Shown here in pieces: positions 45,011 to 51,736 of a stretch of 51,736 nucleotides of DNA. Within the stretch, counting starts at the first letter, position 1, and each line of letters begins with the position of its first letter. Under the pieces are notes generated by a model. The model did not search any database and was not told the DNA's origin. It worked only from the letters and a program-made list of their open reading frames with translations. Made by a program: the position numbers and the translations under genes. This stretch comes from Candidatus Latescibacterota bacterium (lineage in GTDB: Bacteria; Latescibacterota; UBA2968; UBA8231), in NCBI GenBank assembly GCA_965204725.1, contig CBDBFD010000001.1:1-51736 (forward strand). Direction: 5' to 3'.

Positions 45011-45332
45011 CGCGTCGTTCCTTGCTGGCCTCGAAGTGGGCGGTGGCGATCACATCAAAAGCACGGGCATACTTGGCCTCGACCTCCATCGGGTCGATAG
45101 CCGGGTGCAACAGGTATGCTCCGTCGCTGCTGACGGTGTGGTAGGTCTTGAACTGGCTCAAGGCTGAGAGTGTGAACGGCGTTGCGCGGTCGCAGTGATA
45201 AAGCTGGTCACGCTCCCGCGGCGTAAAGGACGCTCGCTGCGGATGCCGACAAGCCTTCACAAACACGCAGTCGCGGCAGTGTTCACACCGCTGGCCGTCG
45301 AGCGTGTGCTGGACGGCCTCCCTTAGTTTTTT
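44985..45332 (-). CDS. Tail chaperone frameshift extension (repeat copy)
   Basis: Identical to 10067-10414. Confidence 0.75.
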   Translation of the reverse strand, partial: KKLREAVQHTLDGQRCEHCRDCVFVKACRHPQRASFTPRERDQLYHCDRATPFTLSALSQFKTYHTVSSDGAYLLHPAIDPMEVEAKYARAFDVIATAHFEASKERRDAARETKP

Positions 45333-45727
45333 GACTCATCCTCCGTCAGGACGGACGTGTCATTGACCGCGGCAAAGACCTCATTGCACCAAAGGGGCGT
45401 CCCATCGCTGGCGTGATAGACATTATCCAGCCACGCGGTCATCGCATCGGCCCCCTCCTCGATGCCCTTAAACCCGCGATAGTTGCGCGTCCCCAGCAAG
45501 AGGTGAATGAGCACTGTGGCCACCATGTCATTCAGCCCCGTCAACGCCTCTTTGGTCTCGTCGTCCTCCACGTGATCTTGAATGAACTCCTCTTGACGCT
45601 GGGGCGTCCGCTGGAGCACCAGCAGGTCGCGCGTCTTGAGATACTTGACGTCCACCTTCGCGCCCTTGAACGGCTCGCCGGTCAGGGTGAGGGTGCGATA
45701 GTCCCCCTTAGTCTTCGTCGTCATCAA
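45323..45727 (-). CDS. Tail assembly chaperone (repeat copy)
   Basis: Identical to 10405-10809. Confidence 0.8.
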   Translation of the reverse strand: MMTTKTKGDYRTLTLTGEPFKGAKVDVKYLKTRDLLVLQRTPQRQEEFIQDHVEDDETKEALTGLNDMVATVLIHLLLGTRNYRGFKGIEEGADAMTAWLDNVYHASDGTPLWCNEVFAAVNDTSVLTEDESKN

Positions 45728-45738
45728 CAGTCTCCGGT

Positions 45739-46926
45739 CTAGTTGTAGGTCAAGGTCGCGCCATCGCCCAACGCCTGCCCGCTGAACGCCATCGTATCAA
45801 AGGCCCCTAGCCCCTGACTGAGCGGCGCGGGGTCGAACTGGACGGACGGCAGGTAGAGCGCGTTGTTGCGCCCAGCCACATCGCCCAGCACGGCATAGAC
45901 GCTGAAGCGGTCGTTGCGCCGGATCTGTCGGTTACGGATGTAGTCCGCCTTCTCGGCCCGCACAGTGAAGCTGAACCGCATGTCGCGGATGCCCGGGGAA
46001 CCAACCCCCGTCGGGCCGCTCGTCCCCACGTCCTCATTGAATAGCTGGACGCCGTTGTTGAGCGTGAAGCTGCCCTGCGAGTGTAGGATGCGGTTGGCGG
46101 GCTGGCGAGCGAGGGCCAGCAGGGACGCCTCCGTAGCATTCTCGTCGCCGATGACCAGCACCCCCGCCGTCCCGTACTGCGCGTCGTTATCGAGGAAGGA
46201 CGGCTCCGGCAGGCCGCTTGTGACGTTATCGGCCCCCGCGAAGATGGTCTGGCTGGCGATAGCCAACCCATTCGCCGCCACCGCCTTGACCACAAACGCA
46301 CTGCCAAACGCATTGGCCGCGGTCGCCACCTTGAGGATGTTACCCACCCCGACAAGGTTGGCGATGTTCTGACTGGCGGGCGGCGTGACACGGGTCTGGC
46401 CGGCCCCCGACGCGGGCGTCTGGAACGGAATGAATGGCTCCGCCTTGTGCCCGCTGCCGGTGAACTGCCACGTAGTGTAATCGTTGCCGCTCCACGTCAG
46501 GGTGCCGCTGGTAAAGGCTTGCCCCAGCCCCGACCGCTGTACTTCCTCGTTCCACGTGTGGATAGCAAACGAGCCGTCTTGGTCGTTCTCTAGCCCGTAG
46601 ATGTAGCCCGTGTTGGGGCCGGACGAAGCGGTCTCATCGCCCCATAGGTTCTTCAGCAGCACCGCCAACTCCGGGCGGCTCGACTGCGACGGCCCTAGGC
46701 GGTTGCGCGCGGAGATATTGAGGCTGGTGGTCTCGCGTCCGGGCGTCCCGGCCTGCTGCGAGCGTCCCTGCCCCGCCTCCTGCGTCTGCTGGCGCGGCTG
46801 CACCGTCTCAAGCTGGATGTTTGTGACGCGCAAGGCATCGCCCTGCTGAGGGATGGCATCGTTAGGGACGCCATACGCCACTTCCTCAGTAGCAAAGATT
46901 TCAAGTTCGGCAAGGGTCGTTGCCAT
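45739..46926 (-). CDS. Major tail protein (repeat copy)
   Basis: Identical to 10821-12008. Confidence 0.8.
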   Translation of the reverse strand: MATTLAELEIFATEEVAYGVPNDAIPQQGDALRVTNIQLETVQPRQQTQEAGQGRSQQAGTPGRETTSLNISARNRLGPSQSSRPELAVLLKNLWGDETASSGPNTGYIYGLENDQDGSFAIHTWNEEVQRSGLGQAFTSGTLTWSGNDYTTWQFTGSGHKAEPFIPFQTPASGAGQTRVTPPASQNIANLVGVGNILKVATAANAFGSAFVVKAVAANGLAIASQTIFAGADNVTSGLPEPSFLDNDAQYGTAGVLVIGDENATEASLLALARQPANRILHSQGSFTLNNGVQLFNEDVGTSGPTGVGSPGIRDMRFSFTVRAEKADYIRNRQIRRNDRFSVYAVLGDVAGRNNALYLPSVQFDPAPLSQGLGAFDTMAFSGQALGDGATLTYN

Positions 46927-46945
46927 GATAACCTCCTAGCCCCGT

Positions 46946-47449
46946 TTAGGCTTCAATGTCGAGGGTGAATATAACGCTTCGATACAGGCTGCTGTCAACG
47001 GCGGCGGTCGCCGTGAACTCAATGTCGCCTACTTCCAATGACCTAAAGCCGTTGTAGGCAACCCCCTGTGCCAGCACCGCACGGAGCGGCTCCGCATGCG
47101 CCTCCACGCGCCGCGTCAACTGCTCCAGCGCGGTCTCGGGCGAGGAGGGGTTGGTCACGGCCCGCTCAATCACTTCGATTAGAGCCGTGTACTCATACCG
47201 CCCCGGGTTGCCTGCCACCGGCTGCGCCCCGTCAATCCAGAGGCGCACAAAGGGATAGGCCGTGATCTTGTCCTCCTCAGCCTCTGAGAAGGTATAGGCA
47301 GGGGCGGTCGCTGAGGCGTTACCCAAGACCTCCCGCTGATACTGCTGCCAGACCACGCCAAGCCCTTCAATGCCAGCGGCGTCGCCAGCGAGCATGTCGC
47401 GCAGGTTGCCTACGACCTTTTCGGTTGCAGTGGTTAGGAAGGTGGCCAT
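46946..47449 (-). CDS. Terminator-like paralogue B (repeat copy)
   Basis: Identical to 12028-12531. Confidence 0.6.
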   Translation of the reverse strand: MATFLTTATEKVVGNLRDMLAGDAAGIEGLGVVWQQYQREVLGNASATAPAYTFSEAEEDKITAYPFVRLWIDGAQPVAGNPGRYEYTALIEVIERAVTNPSSPETALEQLTRRVEAHAEPLRAVLAQGVAYNGFRSLEVGDIEFTATAAVDSSLYRSVIFTLDIEA

Positions 47450-47586
47450 AAATCCTCGTCGCAGCAGGCGAACGTAGCAACCGCCACCATCCCCAGCATA
47501 AGCGGCACAAAGGCCAGCACAACGGCATCGGTGGCCGTGAGCCATTGGAGATAAGGGATTAGCACCAGAGTAGTCATGGCCGTCAT
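47434..47586 (-). CDS. 50-aa membrane protein (repeat copy)
   Basis: Identical to 12516-12668. Confidence 0.55.
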   Translation of the reverse strand: MTAMTTLVLIPYLQWLTATDAVVLAFVPLMLGMVAVATFACCDEDLWPPS

Positions 47587-48140
47587 GCCGCTATGCTCAG
47601 GGTAAAGAGTGCGCTGCGATGGCCCGCCCCCTCAATGTCCGGGTGGGCGCGAAAGTCAATGCCGGTGATGATGATGAACTCAAAGCCGTTGTAGGTCTGG
47701 TTCGCGTCAAGCAAGTAGCGCACTACATCCGCGAGCCCCTCGATGGTGCGCGTCGCCGTCTGAATATGCGCGGCGGTATCGGCCACCACCTCTTTGGACA
47801 CATCCACAAAGGCCGTGTAGGTCCACACAGTCGGGCCGCCGATCTCTTGCGGCTCATAGGGCTGGGCCTCGTCCACCCACACCCGCACAAAGTTGGTCGC
47901 TAAGGTCGCCGGTGCGACGGGCTTAGGGATCTGATCCCCATCGTAAATGGCCAAGTCGGTTGGCAACGTATCCGTGCTGGTCCCATAGTCAGAAGCCCCC
48001 GCACCTGTCCGGTAGCTATTCCACTCCGCAACAAGCCCCATACCCGCTGGGTCGGGCGTTACAGTCTGGTCGCCCCCCAGTATCGCCTTGAGGTTGCCTG
48101 TAACGCGCCCTACGGGGACTAAAGCGTCAAGGGATGCCAT
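47583..48140 (-). CDS. Terminator-like paralogue A (repeat copy)
   Basis: Identical to 12665-13222. Confidence 0.6.
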   Translation of the reverse strand: MASLDALVPVGRVTGNLKAILGGDQTVTPDPAGMGLVAEWNSYRTGAGASDYGTSTDTLPTDLAIYDGDQIPKPVAPATLATNFVRVWVDEAQPYEPQEIGGPTVWTYTAFVDVSKEVVADTAAHIQTATRTIEGLADVVRYLLDANQTYNGFEFIIITGIDFRAHPDIEGAGHRSALFTLSIAA

Positions 48141-48613
48141 TACGCCTGTACCTCCGTCAGATAGCGTCTGCGCCCCTTGAGGCGGCTCTTACGCAGCAAC
48201 TGGTCACGCCGCCGGAACTTGGCCACTAAAGAATAGCCGAAGATGTCGCCAAGAACCTCGCTGTTATCGAACAGGAACGGACGCCGCGCATTCACCGCCG
48301 CCGCGTAGGGAACCTTCGTGCCCAGCCGCAGCTTGTTGCCCCGCCCCCTGAACAGGTGGTCAGGGTCCTTGCGGCGCGTCAAGCTATCGTAGAGCCGCCC
48401 CGTCTCAATCAGTATCTGCGGCCCTTGCTTGCGAGCAGCATAGGCAGGGGTTAGGGGTGCCCACGGCTGGCCGTCCGGCCCCTGTTGCCGCGCGAACATC
48501 TGCTTCGTCTCCTCGATGAAGCACTGCTGGAAGGCGCGGCCTAGCTTCTTGCGCCGCGAGAAGGGCTTGTTGAGCCGCTGGGACACGCGGGTTATGAGGA
48601 TGCTCTTAGCCAT
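48140..48613 (-). CDS. Virion morphogenesis protein (repeat copy)
   Basis: Identical to 13222-13695. Confidence 0.85.
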   Translation of the reverse strand: MAKSILITRVSQRLNKPFSRRKKLGRAFQQCFIEETKQMFARQQGPDGQPWAPLTPAYAARKQGPQILIETGRLYDSLTRRKDPDHLFRGRGNKLRLGTKVPYAAAVNARRPFLFDNSEVLGDIFGYSLVAKFRRRDQLLRKSRLKGRRRYLTEVQA

Positions 48614-48878
48614 CGCGTCTATCCCGCTCCCTAAGCAGCTCCCGTATCTCGCGGTGATCGGCCCGGTTGTGCTCGTCGTTCTGCTGGATCAACAATTTCA
48701 AATCATCGACCTGCTGCTGGGTGGCCCGCTTGTCGATGCGCTTGTGCATGTCGCGCTCCAGCTTGTCGAGGTCGCTCTTGGACGGCGTGTTACGCAGGGC
48801 CTTCACAATGAAGCCAATGATGGCGACCAGCACTGTGCCGTGTACGCCGAGCACTTGGTAGAGCGTTGTATCTTCCAT
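48606..48878 (-). CDS. Holin-like membrane protein (repeat copy)
   Basis: Identical to 13688-13960. Confidence 0.5.
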   Translation of the reverse strand: MEDTTLYQVLGVHGTVLVAIIGFIVKALRNTPSKSDLDKLERDMHKRIDKRATQQQVDDLKLLIQQNDEHNRADHREIRELLRERDRRDG

Positions 48879-48881
48879 GAC

Positions 48882-51736
48882 TTAGGCCGCCATATACCAA
48901 GCGTCAATCGCCGGGATCGTGCCCGGCAACGAGGCCGTGGCGATCATCAGGTTACGTGCGGCATTCACGGAGACATACATCGCATTAAAACCCGCCGGTC
49001 GCCAACGGACGATGACGCCGTTCTCAGACTGCGGGGTCGTAGCCTCGTTGATGTCTTGGGCCAGTATAGAGCCGTGTACAGTCAGGCAGGCCGTGCCCCG
49101 CGCGTTGAGGTTGAAGGCGATGTTGTACATCCGGCTATTCACTTCGGATACGGTCCCAAGATTGATGCCGGTATCGACCCAGTTCGATTGACTGCCCGTC
49201 ACGTTGGTGACGCCGCCAGCCCGCGTCCACCCGGCCGCCGGTGCGGGAGTGCCGCCGCCTGCCGATGCCCCGCCCGTCACCTGGGCAAAGGCAACCAGAT
49301 GCGCCCCGATGGTGACGGAGCCGCTCGTGCCCGTCGATCCCGCGTTGTACACCAACTGGCGATAGAGGTTGTTATCAGCATCCCGCGACAGCCATAGCTC
49401 CAGCGTGCCAACGACATTCGACCCCTCATAGAGCTCCTGCTCGACGACCTTCAACCCCTCTTGTGCGCCCCCGGCCACCCATTCGTCACTATCAATCAGG
49501 TCGTTAATCGACACAAAGCCACTGACGGTTATCTGTGTCGTAGCCGCCGTGCTCGTTCTAGGGGGGATGCTCTCAAAGCCCACTGTGCCCGCCGGGACGG
49601 ACGCGCCGACGATATTCAGTCGCAGCGAGCAATCGACGATCCCGTGCGTGTGGGTGTCCATGTCGAAGGCCGGACTGAACGCCGCCCGCACCCCCAAGAC
49701 ATCGGCGTCGTAGCCGCTGGTGATGGCGATGCCCCCTACCGCCCCGTCTTGCAGCTCGATGTTACCCGCGCCCGGTAGCCCCGTGATGCGGTTGGCCGGT
49801 ATGTTGCCCTGTAGGGCCGCAGCGGGGAAACGGATGTTGTCGCCGAACTCCGTCGGGCCGTACCACTCCCCGAATATCTCCGCGCCTTCAGGGACGCTGA
49901 TCTGCCCCGCCCCCTGCGGCGTCAAGTGCAGCTTCCAATAATCGTAGGTTACAGGCGAGTCAGCCGATGCCCCTGCATAGCTGTCGAGGGCCTCAATCAG
50001 GCCGTCGTCAATGACTACCCGTAGGTCGGTGGCATCGGGCCGTCCACCCAGCACGGAACGCTCCGTGCGAAGGATCACCCATCGCTGCGTCCCCAGCGCG
50101 GGGGTCTGTTCAGGCAGGCGAGCGGAATAGGTCAGGCCGCGAATAGTCTGTAGGGTTGGGTCTGTCGTTTGCAACGGGGCCACGGTGACGCCCGTGGACG
50201 TGCGCCAGCCGCCGGTCTCTACATCCTTGCCTAGTGCCTCCAGTTGCCGCAGGTAGGGGTTGAGGGCGTTGTAGAAGCCCTGTAGCCCCGCGACCAGCTT
50301 GTCCCAGCCCCAACGGGCCGTGTTGCCTGTCAGCGCGATGGCGTTGACAAGGCGATTGACGCCCGCCGTGATCAGCGCGTTCGCCTCGTTTTGATTGAGG
50401 CCCCGCGCCGGGACATTGCCCAGCTTGTTCGACGGGACTTGATCTGTATTGCCCTCCTCGGCCCAATCGCTGACCCCTGCCGCGACACGGGCATCGACCT
50501 GCGCCTGCGTCAGCCCGCCACCGCCGCCGCTGGGTGCGTTCCCCAGCTTGTTGAGCGGTATCTGGCTCGTATCGCCTTCCTCTGCCCAATCGCTGACCCC
50601 AGCGGCTACCCGCGCATCCGCACGAGCGTCTATCTCCGCATTGGTTGGGATGTCGGGCAGCTTGGCGTCCGGCACTTGGGCTGTGCTGGACCGCCGCGCG
50701 AAGTCCTCAAGGTCAATCTGATTATCGAATAGCTGAAGCGTGACGTTGGTGCTGTTCTCCCAAGCGAGCAGGAACTTAGGCGTCGCGCCCCCCGTATGGC
50801 CCAAGTAGTACTGCGTATTGGACAGGCTGAACGCCACGGAGTTCGCCGCCGTCAGCTGATCGCCGTTGCTGGTCGCCGGCTTACCCAGCAGCTCAGACAC
50901 CGTCAGGGTGTGCGATTGGCCGCCAATGACGACGCGCAGTCGCCGGGCATCGGCAGCGGGCGGCACATCCGGGTTGGGATTGGGAAACGGCGAGGCCCGC
51001 TCAGAGAGGGCGATCGGGACCGTGCCATTGAACAGGGACTCCTCAAAGCGCAGCCCCTCCTCGCTGTTGCTGAGGTCCACAACCGCCGGGTGCGTCGCCA
51101 CGTTGCCCAGCTTGTCGGCGGGTATCTGATCCGTGTTGCCCTTCGTAGCCCAATCCGCTTGCGGCTGGGCGATCCACTCCGTGAAGCCATCGCTACCCAC
51201 CGCCAGCACCCAGCCGATCTGCGCGGTGCTGGCATCCCCAAAGTCGGCTATCACCGGGAGCTCGTCGTTATTTTTGACCGCGAACTCCTCGACCGCCTCG
51301 TTGATGATCGCCAGCACATCGACGCGATCCAGCCCGCCCCCCTGCCCGCCGGAGGGAATGGTGATATTGAGGGTGTTCTCTACCCCGCTATCGTCTATCA
51401 GCGTAAAGGTGATCGTGCGCGTCGCAGGGGCATAGCGGACCGCCGTCACCCGCCCGCCGGTGGCCACCGCCTCGGCCCACGCACGGATGCGTACCAGCAG
51501 GGACGGTATATCCTCGACATCCAAGTCGAGCGCGTCAGGCAACTCCATAGACCCCAGCGTCTTGAGCCAGTCCTTCCACGGGGCCGCCCACGGGTTGCTC
51601 GCACGGTCGGACGCCTGGCTATACTCCATCGCATGGACGAGGTAGAGTGTCCCAAGCGCATTGCCGTAGGCTACGGCCTTATACGCGATGGGGGAGGAGG
51701 CCTCAACAAGGGGAACCTGATACATGACGCCCAAAT
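48882..51736 (-). CDS. Adaptor-fibre fusion (repeat copy, 5' end cut by the window edge)
   Basis: Identical to 13964-16818. Confidence 0.7.
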   Translation of the reverse strand, partial: LGVMYQVPLVEASSPIAYKAVAYGNALGTLYLVHAMEYSQASDRASNPWAAPWKDWLKTLGSMELPDALDLDVEDIPSLLVRIRAWAEAVATGGRVTAVRYAPATRTITFTLIDDSGVENTLNITIPSGGQGGGLDRVDVLAIINEAVEEFAVKNNDELPVIADFGDASTAQIGWVLAVGSDGFTEWIAQPQADWATKGNTDQIPADKLGNVATHPAVVDLSNSEEGLRFEESLFNGTVPIALSERASPFPNPNPDVPPAADARRLRVVIGGQSHTLTVSELLGKPATSNGDQLTAANSVAFSLSNTQYYLGHTGGATPKFLLAWENSTNVTLQLFDNQIDLEDFARRSSTAQVPDAKLPDIPTNAEIDARADARVAAGVSDWAEEGDTSQIPLNKLGNAPSGGGGGLTQAQVDARVAAGVSDWAEEGNTDQVPSNKLGNVPARGLNQNEANALITAGVNRLVNAIALTGNTARWGWDKLVAGLQGFYNALNPYLRQLEALGKDVETGGWRTSTGVTVAPLQTTDPTLQTIRGLTYSARLPEQTPALGTQRWVILRTERSVLGGRPDATDLRVVIDDGLIEALDSYAGASADSPVTYDYWKLHLTPQGAGQISVPEGAEIFGEWYGPTEFGDNIRFPAAALQGNIPANRITGLPGAGNIELQDGAVGGIAITSGYDADVLGVRAAFSPAFDMDTHTHGIVDCSLRLNIVGASVPAGTVGFESIPPRTSTAATTQITVSGFVSINDLIDSDEWVAGGAQEGLKVVEQELYEGSNVVGTLELWLSRDADNNLYRQLVYNAGSTGTSGSVTIGAHLVAFAQVTGGASAGGGTPAPAAGWTRAGGVTNVTGSQSNWVDTGINLGTVSEVNSRMYNIAFNLNARGTACLTVHGSILAQDINEATTPQSENGVIVRWRPAGFNAMYVSVNAARNLMIATASLPGTIPAIDAWYMAA

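Larger units (their letters stand above)
34919..51736 (+). repeat. Direct repeat copy 2 (16,818 bp)
   Basis: Matches 1-16818 wherever inspected; ORF track duplicates at +34,918. Confidence 0.97.

Noticed and set aside
34919-51736. 16.8-kb repeat as a true long terminal repeat or gene duplication
   Set aside because: It ends mid-gene exactly at the window edges and appears identical; wrap-around of a circle or concatemer is simpler.

Overview
The window holds one complete, GC-rich tailed-phage genome (siphovirus-like, unit length 34,918 bp). Bases 1-16818 recur at 34919-51736 (offset 34,918), so this is about 1.5 copies of a circular, circularly permuted or concatemeric genome. The leftward (-) arm carries a primase-helicase, an iteron-like origin, two small paralogues, a ParB/HTH remnant, a structured RNA leader, a Tad1-like anti-defence sponge and a RyR-domain-like protein. 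It continues with TerS, TerL, portal, scaffold, major capsid, a Mu gp36-like adaptor fused to a ~870-aa fibre-like extension, a holin-like protein, gpG-like tail completion, two paralogous terminator-like proteins, tail tube, frameshifted chaperones, tape measure, a distal-tail candidate and a 2460-aa tail-tip protein with ~17 FN3-like domains. The rightward (+) arm carries an RHH regulator, three DNA methyltransferases, small hypothetical genes and a lipoprotein metzincin protease. I recognised no integrase, CI-type repressor, endolysin, reverse transcriptase or CRISPR array. The most notable items are the adaptor-fibre fusion, the FN3 array, the RNA leader + Tad1 + RyR-like module and a two-state RNA switch over the primase ribosome-binding site. 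All family assignments come from motif recognition by eye; no database searches or folding programs were run.
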